Positions 28,304-37,347 of a stretch of DNA of 64,000 bases are shown here, piece after piece. This DNA comes from an uncultured Gammaproteobacteria bacterium. Its GTDB lineage: Bacteria; Pseudomonadota; Gammaproteobacteria; Chromatiales; Chromatiaceae. The notes below the pieces were generated by a model that was not told where the DNA came from, did not search any database, and worked only from the letters and a program-made list of their open reading frames with translations. The position numbers were made by a program, and so were the translations under genes. Numbering within the stretch: the first letter of the stretch is position 1; each line of letters opens with the position of its first letter. The stretch is from NCBI GenBank assembly GCA_963704155.1, contig CAVPHF010000041.1:16457-80456 (forward strand). Direction: 5' to 3'.

Positions 28304-29268
28304 TAAACCGTAAATCGACCCTCGCGGAGCATCTGCGCTTCCATGATCTCGAGCTCGCGTGCACCGGACACCACAACCTGCGGATCGGGGACAAAGTCAA
28401 GCCCCGGGTCCAGGCGGTCATATGGCACGGCGTTGAGAATGACCTTAATCGCGTTCAATCGCGCCTTCATCTTGTTGTTGGAGCGGATGATGGTCCAGGG
28501 CGCCCAGGAGGTATGGGTCCGGCGCAACATCTCGTATTTCTGGTGCGTGAAGTCGTCCCATCGGTCCTGTGCCTGCACATCGATCTCGGAGAGTTTCCAT
28601 TGGCGCAGCGTATCGGTCTTACGGCGATCGAATCGTCTCGCCTGCTCGTCCTTGGTGACACTGAAGTAGAGCTTGACGAGAATCGTGCCTTGCCGAACAA
28701 GGTCCTTTTCGAAGCCCGTAACGCCATACATGAAGTTGTCATACTCTTCCTGCGTGCAGAAGCCGAACACGGGCTCCACCATGGCGCGGTTGTACCAGCT
28801 GCGGTCGAACAAGACCTGCTCACCCCCGTGCGGGAACTGCTCGACATAGCGCTGAAAGAACCATTGGGTGCGCTGGTGCTCCGTAGGCCGACCAAGCGCG
28901 ACGACGCGATAGTGCTTTTCATTCATGTAGCGCGTGACGCGACGAATCGTCCCGCCCTTGCCGGCGGCATCGCGCCCCTCGAACAGAATGATCATGCGCT
29001 TCTTAGTCGCCTCCAGGTGCTTCTGCATCCGGATCAACTCCGCCTGAAACGGCTTCAACGCCTGCTCGGCACGACGCTTGATCACGGCGCCGCGCGTCTC
29101 CTTCTTGACCTTCGCCAGCCGGCTGCGCATCTCGACATGTTCGGTCAGCAGTTGCTCCAGCGGCATGCGCTTGCCGTCTACCTGGACCCATTGGTCTGCC
29201 TGTTCTTCCGGGCCTTCCGCCCCTGATCGGTCGACCGACGCCTGGATGCGCTCTTGATCCGATGCCAT
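28303..29268 (-). CDS. ppk2: Polyphosphate kinase 2 (PPK2)
   Basis: Walker-A-like FEGRDAAGKGG, the DRSWYNR motif and a PPK2 lid region. The ATG at 29268 (MASDQERIQ...) is chosen because the track ORF extension to 29577 runs into the upstream MFS gene. Confidence 0.9.
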   Translation of the reverse strand: MASDQERIQASVDRSGAEGPEEQADQWVQVDGKRMPLEQLLTEHVEMRSRLAKVKKETRGAVIKRRAEQALKPFQAELIRMQKHLEATKKRMIILFEGRDAAGKGGTIRRVTRYMNEKHYRVVALGRPTEHQRTQWFFQRYVEQFPHGGEQVLFDRSWYNRAMVEPVFGFCTQEEYDNFMYGVTGFEKDLVRQGTILVKLYFSVTKDEQARRFDRRKTDTLRQWKLSEIDVQAQDRWDDFTHQKYEMLRRTHTSWAPWTIIRSNNKMKARLNAIKVILNAVPYDRLDPGLDFVPDPQVVVSGARELEIMEAQMLREGRFTV

Positions 29269-29344
29269 AAGTACCGCTCTCCGATAGGTTTGTTGCCCTG
29301 CGCATCGTACCACGGCAGGCATGCGCCGCCGGCAGCAGCAGAGC

Positions 29345-30505
29345 TCAGAATTGGCGGCCGCGGTCGACCTGGCGATAAACCGCGATCCAGCCCAAGGCCG
29401 CGGCTGCGGCGGCCGTAACGAAGGTTGCAGTGGCCCCGGCGCTCGACCAGAGCGCACCGCTGACCAGACTGCCGGCGGCCCCGCCGACACCGAAGCCAAC
29501 GCTGTTGTACAGTGCCTGTCCACGCCCCTGGGTGCGGCCGGGGAAGTAATGGTGCGCCAAGTGGATGGCGGCGGCATGAAAGCTGCCGAAGCTCGCCGCG
29601 TGCAGGCTTTGCGCCAGGATCTGAACCGCGGGCAGCTTGATAAAGAACCCGATCAGCAGCCAGCGAACCACCGCCAAGGCGAGGCTGATCAGCAGCATCC
29701 GACGGGCACCGAAGCGCTCGAGCAGCCAATGCATGCGCAGAAAGACAATGACCTCGATCGTGACACCCAGTGCCCATAAGGCGCCGACAGCGGTGCTGCT
29801 GTAGCCGTTGGACTCCAGATAGATCGAATAGAAGGCGTAATAGGCGCCATGGCTCGCCTGCATCAGCAGACAGGCGACGAGGAAGTAGATGATCTCCGGG
29901 CGGCGGAGCAGACCGCGCAGCGAGAGCTGGACCGGATGCGTGCCGTCCTGGTCGCGGTCAGGGATCAGCAGACAGCTCACCCAAACGCCAACGAACAGCA
30001 CCAGCACCACGGCGGGAACGACCTGCCTGCCGGACGGTCCGGCGCCATCGCTGGCCTGGTCGAGCCACCAGCCGATAATGCCGACGCTCAAAATGAATCC
30101 GACGCTGCCCCAGACCCGCACGCTGGCATAGCGGTTGGCGCGTGCGCCAAGGTGATTGAAGGTCACCGACTCCATCAGCGGCAGCGGCGCATTCCAGAAA
30201 AAGCTGAACGCCGCCATTACCAGCGCCATGGACCAGAACCCCTCGGCCCAGAACACGCCGGCGAAACAGACAACGGCCAACGCCGAGCCCAGACGCACAA
30301 TCGGCATACGTCGGCCGGCACGGTCGGCGAGCAGGCCCCAAACGTTGGGCGCGACGATCTTGGTGCCCATCAAGATGGCCATCAGCACCCCGATAGCGGC
30401 CGGCGCGAAGCCCCGCTCCAACAGGTAGGGCCCCCAGAACGGCACCAACGCACCGAGCGCGCCGAAATGGAAGAAGTAGTAGCTGGAGAGTCGAGCGTAG
30501 GGCAT
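29345..30505 (-). CDS. MFS transporter (PPP/HcaT-like family)
   Basis: 12-TM MFS protein. Its N-terminus, RLSSYYFFHFGALGALVPFWGPYLLERGF, resembles the HcaT/MFS_1_like family. Confidence 0.8.
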   Translation of the reverse strand: MPYARLSSYYFFHFGALGALVPFWGPYLLERGFAPAAIGVLMAILMGTKIVAPNVWGLLADRAGRRMPIVRLGSALAVVCFAGVFWAEGFWSMALVMAAFSFFWNAPLPLMESVTFNHLGARANRYASVRVWGSVGFILSVGIIGWWLDQASDGAGPSGRQVVPAVVLVLFVGVWVSCLLIPDRDQDGTHPVQLSLRGLLRRPEIIYFLVACLLMQASHGAYYAFYSIYLESNGYSSTAVGALWALGVTIEVIVFLRMHWLLERFGARRMLLISLALAVVRWLLIGFFIKLPAVQILAQSLHAASFGSFHAAAIHLAHHYFPGRTQGRGQALYNSVGFGVGGAAGSLVSGALWSSAGATATFVTAAAAAALGWIAVYRQVDRGRQF

Positions 30506-30756
30506 TGATCATCTCAACGAGACTAGGCCGCTGACCGACGAGCGCGGGGGCTGGTCGCTGGAATGTCGCGGCCAACACGAGAACCAGGAGCTAGGAGCCG
30601 GTGGAGGGTGCGCAACCTCGACCCTCGGCGCTAGGCACTCGGCCCTGTTACAGCGGCCATCGGGATACCCACCCCGGCCTCAACGAGGGCAAAGCGCAGT
30701 CGAAGCGAAAAGCTCAGTCCGACTAACCGGGACCGGCGGCAGCGGAGGCGGGAACG

Positions 30757-31872
30757 CTAGCCGACTCCCGCGGGCACCGCGGTCAGAGGCGGGATCACCT
30801 GCGCATTCTGGGCGCGCTGGCGCAGCAGATGATCGGCCAGCACCAGGGCCAGCATGGCCTCGGCGATCGGCGTCGCGCGGATGCCGACGCAAGGATCATG
30901 GCGACCCTTGGTGATCACCTCGGCGGCCTTCCCGTGCAAATCCAGGGTGCGTCCCGGCAGCCGAATACTGGAGGTCGGCTTCAGCGCCAGGCGTGCAACG
31001 ACGTTTTGCCCGGTCGAGATACCGCCGAGCACGCCGCCGGCATTGTTGCTGAGAAAGCCCTCAGGCGTGATCTCATCGCGGTGCTCGGTACCCTTCTGCG
31101 CAATGCTGGCGAAACCGGCACCGATCTCGACGCCCTTGACGGCGTTGATGCTCATCAGCGCATGTGCGATGTCGGCATCTAGCCGGTCGAAGATGGGCTC
31201 GCCCAGTCCGGGCGGCACGGCCTCGGCGACCACCGTCACCTCGGCGCCGATGGAGTCACCCTCCTTGCGCAGCGCATCCATGAAGGCCTCCAGCTCGGGC
31301 ACGCGCGCGGTGACCGGGCAGAAGAACGGGTTGCGCTCCACCTCGGCCCAATCGAAGCCCTGCTCGCCGGGGCTGGCGGTGGCGATGTCGCCGAGCCGGG
31401 AGAGGAAGCCGCGCACCTGCACGCCCGCGAGTTCGCGCAGACAGACCTTGGCGACGCCGCCGGCGGCAACGCGCACCGCGGTCTCGCGGGCCGACGAGCG
31501 ACCGCCGCCGCGATAGTCGCGCACACCGTACTTCATGGTGTAGCTGTAGTCGGCATGGCCAGGTCGGAACTTGGCGGCGATCTCGGCATAGTCCTTCGAG
31601 CGCTGATCCTCGTTCTGGATGATCAGGCCGATCGGCGCCCCGGTGGTAAGCCCTTCGAACACGCCGGAAAGGATCTGCACCCGATCGGACTCGCGGCGCT
31701 GCGTGGTATGACGCGATTGCCCGGGCTTGCGCCGGTCCAGGTCGCGTTGCAAGTCCGCCTCGGACAAGGGCAGGCCGGGCGGGCAGCCATCGACGATGCC
31801 ACCGATCGCCGGTCCATGACTCTCACCGAAACCGGTGAAGACGAAAGACCTGCCAATGCTGTTTCCTGACAT
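30757..31872 (-). CDS. aroC: Chorismate synthase
   Basis: N-terminal [19 protein letters not shown] and other AroC motifs ([16 protein letters not shown]). Confidence 0.96.
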   Translation of the reverse strand: MSGNSIGRSFVFTGFGESHGPAIGGIVDGCPPGLPLSEADLQRDLDRRKPGQSRHTTQRRESDRVQILSGVFEGLTTGAPIGLIIQNEDQRSKDYAEIAAKFRPGHADYSYTMKYGVRDYRGGGRSSARETAVRVAAGGVAKVCLRELAGVQVRGFLSRLGDIATASPGEQGFDWAEVERNPFFCPVTARVPELEAFMDALRKEGDSIGAEVTVVAEAVPPGLGEPIFDRLDADIAHALMSINAVKGVEIGAGFASIAQKGTEHRDEITPEGFLSNNAGGVLGGISTGQNVVARLALKPTSSIRLPGRTLDLHGKAAEVITKGRHDPCVGIRATPIAEAMLALVLADHLLRQRAQNAQVIPPLTAVPAGVG

Positions 31873-31912
31873 CGAAGTAACGGGGAGCGGTATCGAGTAA
31901 CGAGGAGCGGTA
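31873..31912. repeat. Tandem 20-bp direct repeat immediately upstream of the aroC ATG
   Basis: CGAAGTAACGGGGAGCGGTA (31873-31892) and TCGAGTAACGAGGAGCGGTA (31893-31912) match at 18 of 20 positions. On the aroC mRNA strand the repeat reads TACCGCTCC(T/C)CGTTACT(C/T)CG(A/-), i.e. CUCC-containing rather than SD-like. Confidence 0.75.
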
Positions 31913-32000
31913 AACGCTATACAGCGGCCAAGAGAGTGGGCGCGAACAGAAACCTCACGGATCGCCTCCCCGCTAGATACTCGTCACTCGCAACTCTCAT

Positions 32001-33353
32001 TCAGTAGGCCGGAGGTGGAACCGTGTCCGCCTCGGTCAGCCAGGCGTTGCCCTTGGCCAGCACCTCTCGGGTCAGCGTGCTGGTCGCCTGGTGCAGCAGG
32101 ACGCCGTTGATGATGTAGTTGTAGCGCGAGGACAGGTAGTCGAACTCGGCCTGGAACAGCGCGCGCTGCGCGTTCAGCACGTCGACCTGGGTACGGGTGC
32201 CGACCTCGAGCCCCGCCTGAGTTGATTCGAGCGAGCTGCGCGCCGAGACGATCGCGGCCTGGCGCGCGTTGACGTCGCTGATGCTGGACAGAATTCCGCG
32301 GAAGGCGTCCTTGACCTGATTGATGACAGCGCGCCGCTGCTGGTCGAGCCGGTCCTGCGCGGCGCGAAAGTTATGCCCGGCCTGGCGCGTGCGCGAGGCC
32401 ACTGCGCCGCCTTGATAGATCGGAATGTTCACATTCAACCCGACAAACCCGGTGTCGCTATCGGTATTGAATCGGGCGCCCGAGCGCGCGACATCGTATC
32501 CCGCTTGCATATCGACGCTTGGATAGTAGCCGGAGCGCTCGATCTCGATGTCCTTGCGCGCCGCCTCGGCGGCCTGCTTGGCGGCGACGATGCCAAAGTT
32601 ATTGGCCAGCGCGGTCTCCGCCCAGACGTTGATGTCGTTCGGCTCCGGCGGCGCCAGCGGCAGTCGGTCGCCGAGGCGCGCGAGCGGCACCGATACCGGG
32701 CCGATGATACGGCGCAGCGCCTCCCAGGCATTGTTCAGGTCATTCTCGGCCGTGATGAGGTTCGCACGTGAGCGGTCGAACGCGGCCTGACTGTCGTTGA
32801 CGTCTGTGATCGCGACCAGCCCGACCTCGAAGCGTTGCTGCGACTGCTCGAGCTGACGCTCGTCCGCCGCGACCAGCGCCTGGCCGACACGCACCGCGTC
32901 GGCCGCCCGCAATACCTCGAAGTAGGCTCGCGTGGTGCGCACCATCAGCTCGATCTCGGCATCACGGTACTGCGCCGTCGCCTGCGCAATGGTGTTGTCG
33001 GACTGGCTGAGCCGCACCCAGTCGCCGCGGTTGTAGACAGATTGCGACACCACCGCGGCGGCACCATAGGTATCAAAGCTGTCGCTGCGGCTGAAGCTGC
33101 CAAGTGTCGAATTGCCGCTGGACTCGACATTCTGGTAGGTCAGGTCGCCGGTGACGCCGAAGTTGGGCAAGAGCAGCGCGCGCGCCTGCGGCTTGACCTC
33201 ACGGGTTGCATACAGGATCTGCTCCGCCTCACGCAAGGTCGGATCGCTGTTGACCGCCAAGTCGTAAATGGCGATCAGGTCTTCCGCAGAGGCAAGGGTC
33301 GGAAGTGCGATACAGACGGCGAGCGCGAGGGCCGAAAGCGGCTGAGTCATCAT
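32001..33353 (-). CDS. tolC: Outer-membrane efflux channel TolC
   Basis: Signal peptide MMTQPLSALALAVCIALPTLASA followed by EDLIAIYDLAVNSDPTLREAE, with internal duplication typical of TolC. The ATG at 33353 or 33350 is chosen over the long track ORF. Confidence 0.9.
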   Translation of the reverse strand: MMTQPLSALALAVCIALPTLASAEDLIAIYDLAVNSDPTLREAEQILYATREVKPQARALLLPNFGVTGDLTYQNVESSGNSTLGSFSRSDSFDTYGAAAVVSQSVYNRGDWVRLSQSDNTIAQATAQYRDAEIELMVRTTRAYFEVLRAADAVRVGQALVAADERQLEQSQQRFEVGLVAITDVNDSQAAFDRSRANLITAENDLNNAWEALRRIIGPVSVPLARLGDRLPLAPPEPNDINVWAETALANNFGIVAAKQAAEAARKDIEIERSGYYPSVDMQAGYDVARSGARFNTDSDTGFVGLNVNIPIYQGGAVASRTRQAGHNFRAAQDRLDQQRRAVINQVKDAFRGILSSISDVNARQAAIVSARSSLESTQAGLEVGTRTQVDVLNAQRALFQAEFDYLSSRYNYIINGVLLHQATSTLTREVLAKGNAWLTEADTVPPPAY

Positions 33354-33571
33354 GCGATAGTTCCGTCGGGGCCAATGGCTGTTTGACATGCCGGCATGCC
33401 AAAGCGGCGTAGTATAGGTGACGATGTCCAATCGCCACAATCGGGACACCGCCGGCAACATCCCGCCATATCCTGGCAGAAGCGCTGGAAAACAATAATT
33501 ATCAAGCCAATATGACCGAATCGGAGGCAACTCCCGAGACCGCTTAGGCAAAAATACAACGCCGGGAACAC

Positions 33572-35380
33572 ATGCAGGACTCGACGAAACAACTCCCCGC
33601 CAATGTCGCGTATCGCTGGACCGACCTGATCAAAATGGTCGCCACGCACCGCCGTGAACTGGTCCTGGCAAACGTCATCGCCGTGCTCGGTACGCTGGCG
33701 GCGGTGCCGGTGCCCTTGTTGATGCCGATCCTGGTGGATGAGGTCCTGCTGCAACAGCCGGGCGCGGCCGTGGCAGCAATCGATCGGGTCTTCCCAAGCG
33801 CCTGGCATGGACCGGTGCTCTACATCCTCGCGGTGCTCGCGCTAACGATCGTGCTGCGCCTGACCTCGGTGACGCTCGGCGTCTGGCAGACACGCGAGTT
33901 CACGATCATCGCCAAGGACTTGATCTATCGTATGCGGCGCGACCTGCTGTTGCGCCTGCGGCGCGTCTCGATGGCCGAGTACGAGACGCTGGGCAGCGGC
34001 ACCGTTGCCTCACACCTGGTGACCGACCTGCACGCGATCGACCAGTTCGTTGGCAGCGCCGTCTCCAAATTCATCGTCGCCGCGCTCAGCATCGCCGGCA
34101 CCGCGGCGGTGCTGCTATGGATGCACTGGCAACTCGGGTTGTTCATCCTGCTGCTGAACCCGTTCGTGGTCTACGTCACCATCGTCTTCGGCCGCCGAAT
34201 CAAGGAGATGAAGCGGCGCGAGAACAGCGCCTATGCGACCTTCCAAGAGAGCCTGTCCGAAACCTTGGACGCGATCCAGCAGATCCGCGCCAGCAACCGC
34301 GAGCAGTTCTACATCGGACGCAGCATCGACAGCGCAGACGCCATCCGTCGCTTCAGTTGCGCCTTCACCTGGAAGAGCGACGCCGCCAACCGGCTGTCAT
34401 TCATGGTCTTTCTGCTGGGCTTCGATCTGTTTCGCACCGTCAGCATGCTGATGGTGGTGTTCTCCGATCTCAGCATCGGCGAGATGCTGGCGGTGTTCGC
34501 CTACCTCTGGTTCATGATGGGGCCGGTGCAGGATGTGCTGAATGTGCAATACGCCTTCCACAGCGCGCAGGCGGCGCTGAATCGCATCAACAGCCTGACC
34601 CAGATGCCGCTCGAGCCGCGTTTCCCCCACCACCGCGACCCCTTCGCGGGCAAGCGCACGGTCGGCGTCGCCTTCGAGCAGGTCAGCTTCGCCTATGGCG
34701 ACGGACCACCGGTGCTCGATCAGGTCTCGTTCTCGGTCGCGCCCGGTGAGAAGGTGGCCGTCGTCGGCGCCAGCGGTGGCGGCAAGACGACCCTGGTCCA
34801 GGTGCTGCTCGGGCTGTATCCGCCGCGTTCGGGACGCATCCTGTTCGACGGCGAGCCCGTGAACGAGATCGGCATGGAGGTGGTACGGGACAACGTCGCC
34901 ACCGTGCTCCAGAGTCCGGCGCTGTTCAACGACACCGTCAGGATGAACCTGACGCTGGGCCGTGACCTGCCGGACACGGCACTCTGGAGCGCCCTGCGCG
35001 TCGCGCAGTTGGCGGACATCGTCGCCGACCTGGAGCGGGGCCTGGACACGGTCGTCGGGCGCGGCGGCGTGCGCCTGTCCGGCGGCCAGCGTCAGCGCCT
35101 GGCCGTGGCCCGCATGGTGCTGGCCGATCCAAAGGTCGTCATCCTGGACGAGGCGACCTCGGCGCTGGACAGCGAAACAGAAGGCCGGCTGCATCAGGCC
35201 TTGGAGACCTTCCTGGCTGGGCGCACCACCTTGATCATCGCTCACCGCCTGAGCGCCGTGCGCCAGGCCGACCGTGTACTAGTGCTAGAGCACGGCCGCG
35301 TTGCCGAGGAGGGCCGCCACGAGGATCTGATCGATGCGGCCGGACCCTACGCGAACCTCTACGCCGCGCAGGCGAGCTGA
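33572..35380 (+). CDS. ABC exporter, fused TMD-NBD (MsbA/type-1-exporter-like)
   Basis: 602 aa. Six-TM ABC_membrane domain, then Walker A GASGGGKTT, signature LSGGQRQRLAVAR and Walker B VVILDEATSALD. Divergent from tolC. Confidence 0.88.
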   Translation: MQDSTKQLPANVAYRWTDLIKMVATHRRELVLANVIAVLGTLAAVPVPLLMPILVDEVLLQQPGAAVAAIDRVFPSAWHGPVLYILAVLALTIVLRLTSVTLGVWQTREFTIIAKDLIYRMRRDLLLRLRRVSMAEYETLGSGTVASHLVTDLHAIDQFVGSAVSKFIVAALSIAGTAAVLLWMHWQLGLFILLLNPFVVYVTIVFGRRIKEMKRRENSAYATFQESLSETLDAIQQIRASNREQFYIGRSIDSADAIRRFSCAFTWKSDAANRLSFMVFLLGFDLFRTVSMLMVVFSDLSIGEMLAVFAYLWFMMGPVQDVLNVQYAFHSAQAALNRINSLTQMPLEPRFPHHRDPFAGKRTVGVAFEQVSFAYGDGPPVLDQVSFSVAPGEKVAVVGASGGGKTTLVQVLLGLYPPRSGRILFDGEPVNEIGMEVVRDNVATVLQSPALFNDTVRMNLTLGRDLPDTALWSALRVAQLADIVADLERGLDTVVGRGGVRLSGGQRQRLAVARMVLADPKVVILDEATSALDSETEGRLHQALETFLAGRTTLIIAHRLSAVRQADRVLVLEHGRVAEEGRHEDLIDAAGPYANLYAAQAS

Positions 35381-35536
35381 CTGACACCTACCCAGATGAT
35401 CGGGGCGAATCACATGGCCGAACCACAAGCCGCGGGCGACCCCAGCAGAAGGAACGGCGCCCTCGGCGCGGGGATGCAAGCGTCAGCCATGCATCCGTCA
35501 GGCCGCGGTGGGGGCGCCGCTGCTGCGAGCAACGCC

Positions 35537-36643
35537 ATGCCGTCGAGCCCTCGACCGACGGGGCGCATCGTCCAAAGCGCATTCAAACCGGCGTGGTGGC
35601 TGCCCGGCGCCCACCTGCAAACCATCGGGCCGACGCTGGCCCGGCCGCGGCCGCAACCGGCGTTGATCCGCCGCCGGATCGAACTCGCCGATGGCGACTT
35701 CATCGACCTCGCGGTCGGCGATAGCGACGGCGAGCGCGTGCTGATCGTGCATGGACTCGAGGGCGACCTGAACTCGCACTATGCGGGCTCGCTGGTCGGG
35801 CGACTCGCCAGAGAGGGCTTCCGGCCGGTGTTCATGCATCTGCGCGGGTGCAGCGGCGAGCCGAACCGGCTCGATCGCTCCTATCACTCCGGCGCCAGCG
35901 AAGATCTCGCCGAAGTCTTATCGGCGCTGGCCGCCGATCCTGAGGGGCCGCCGGCGGCGGCCGTCGGCTTCTCGCTCGGCGCCAATCTGCTGCTGAAATA
36001 CCTTGGCGAGCGCGACCAGCCGCTGCTCCGCCATGCACTGGCGGTGTCGGTCCCCTTCGTGCTGCGCGACGCCATGCTGCGCCTCGACATCGGGCTGTCG
36101 CGTGTCTACCGGCGTTATCTGATCACGCGTCTGAAGGCGGCCTATGAGCACAAATTTAGCGCTCGGCCATCGCCGCTCGAGGTCGAACTCGATGCGATCA
36201 ATGGCTTCAACGCCTTCGACGACCGCATCACAGCCCCCTTGAGCGGCTTCGCCGGCGTCTATGATTACTACAACCGGGCCAGCTGCCGCCAGTTTCTGCC
36301 AAGCATCCGCACACCGACTCTGATCATCCAGGCACTGGATGATCCCTTCATGTTCCCGAGCACGGTGCCCTTCGAGCACGAACTCGGCCCGGGCGTGACG
36401 CTGGAGCTGGCGCGCCGCGGCGGCCATGTCGGCTTCATCGCCGGCCATCTCCCCTGGCGACCGCGGTACTGGCTGGAGGAGCGCATCATCGCGCATCTGC
36501 GCGACGCCATCCCAGCGCGGACGGTCGCGCTCGCACCGACCGCTGAGCCGGCCGCCGAACCAATGGCCGAATTGGCCGCCCAGCCGGTCTCCGCCGTTCA
36601 GGCGCCGAGCGCCGAGCGCAGCTCCGCCCACAGCAAGCGATAG
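35537..36643 (+). CDS. Alpha/beta hydrolase, YheT-like
   Basis: Collinear similarity to E. coli YheT (FKPAWWLPGAHLQTIGP, VHGLEGDLNSHY, MHLRGCSGEPNR..YHSG, GFSLGAN). The ATG at 35537 is chosen by alignment logic. The Ala/Pro-rich C-terminal tail overlaps the parA-like 3' end. Confidence 0.8.
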   Translation: MPSSPRPTGRIVQSAFKPAWWLPGAHLQTIGPTLARPRPQPALIRRRIELADGDFIDLAVGDSDGERVLIVHGLEGDLNSHYAGSLVGRLAREGFRPVFMHLRGCSGEPNRLDRSYHSGASEDLAEVLSALAADPEGPPAAAVGFSLGANLLLKYLGERDQPLLRHALAVSVPFVLRDAMLRLDIGLSRVYRRYLITRLKAAYEHKFSARPSPLEVELDAINGFNAFDDRITAPLSGFAGVYDYYNRASCRQFLPSIRTPTLIIQALDDPFMFPSTVPFEHELGPGVTLELARRGGHVGFIAGHLPWRPRYWLEERIIAHLRDAIPARTVALAPTAEPAAEPMAELAAQPVSAVQAPSAERSSAHSKR

Positions 36644-37347
36644 GCAGCCGACGCGGGATCGGACGGCGCGTAGGCCGGCAGCGGCATCCGGTGCAGGCCC
36701 ATGCGCTCCACCTCCGGCGCTAGCGGGACCACCGAATCCAACAACTGTGGATACTCGCCGGCAAGCCGTTGCATGGTCTCGGTGTGCAGAACGCGATCGC
36801 AATCGACCATCGAGAAGAACGGCAGGATGCGCAACTTGCCGTGACCATCGTCTGCCGTCAGAAAGTCGCTCAGCTGGGCCAGCGTCCGAGCCGACAGCGT
36901 GCTCGGGATCAGCGGTACGAGCAGGGCGTGGGCCGCGCGGAAGACATTCTCGGACATCAGCGAGATGCTGGGCGGGCAGTCGAGGAAGACCAGGTCGTAT
37001 TCCCGGCGTAGCGGTTTCAGTAGCCGCTCGAGCTGGCGCACCGGTTTCTTTTCGCCCTCCAGCAGAATATCCATGTTGCGGTAAGAGAAGTCCGCCGGCA
37101 GCAGGTCCAGCAGCTCGAAATCGGTCCCCTTGATGACGTCGTCGAGTTCGCGCCGGCCGCTCAGCAGTGCCCGACCTCCGCCCTTCACCTTGGGCCTGAC
37201 GCGAAAGTAGTAGCTGGTCGCGCCCTGGGGATCGAGATCCCAGACCAGCGTGCGGTTACCGGCCGCGGCCGACAGATAGGCCAAATTGACCGCGGTCGAG
37301 GTCTTACCGACGCCGCCCTTGATGCTGTAGACACCGACGATCTTCAA
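36598..37347 (-). CDS. ParA/MinD-family ATPase (orphan ParA-like)
   Basis: Deviant Walker A KIVGVYSIKGGVGKTS with a ParA-like fold through 249 aa. The TTG start overlaps the stop of the upstream CHAD gene (TTGA at 37344-37347). Confidence 0.88.
   Translation of the reverse strand: MKIVGVYSIKGGVGKTSTAVNLAYLSAAAGNRTLVWDLDPQGATSYYFRVRPKVKGGGRALLSGRRELDDVIKGTDFELLDLLPADFSYRNMDILLEGEKKPVRQLERLLKPLRREYDLVFLDCPPSISLMSENVFRAAHALLVPLIPSTLSARTLAQLSDFLTADDGHGKLRILPFFSMVDCDRVLHTETMQRLAGEYPQLLDSVVPLAPEVERMGLHRMPLPAYAPSDPASAAYRLLWAELRSALGA

Noticed and set aside
29269-29577. N-terminal extension of the ppk2 ORF. The same applies to 60414-60911 for the hydroxylase ORF, 33354-33551 for tolC and 35396-35536 for the YheT-like ORF.
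   Set aside because: The extensions overlap the upstream genes or lack similarity. Internal ATG starts give family-typical N-termini, and for the hydroxylase an ATGA overlap with the preceding gene.
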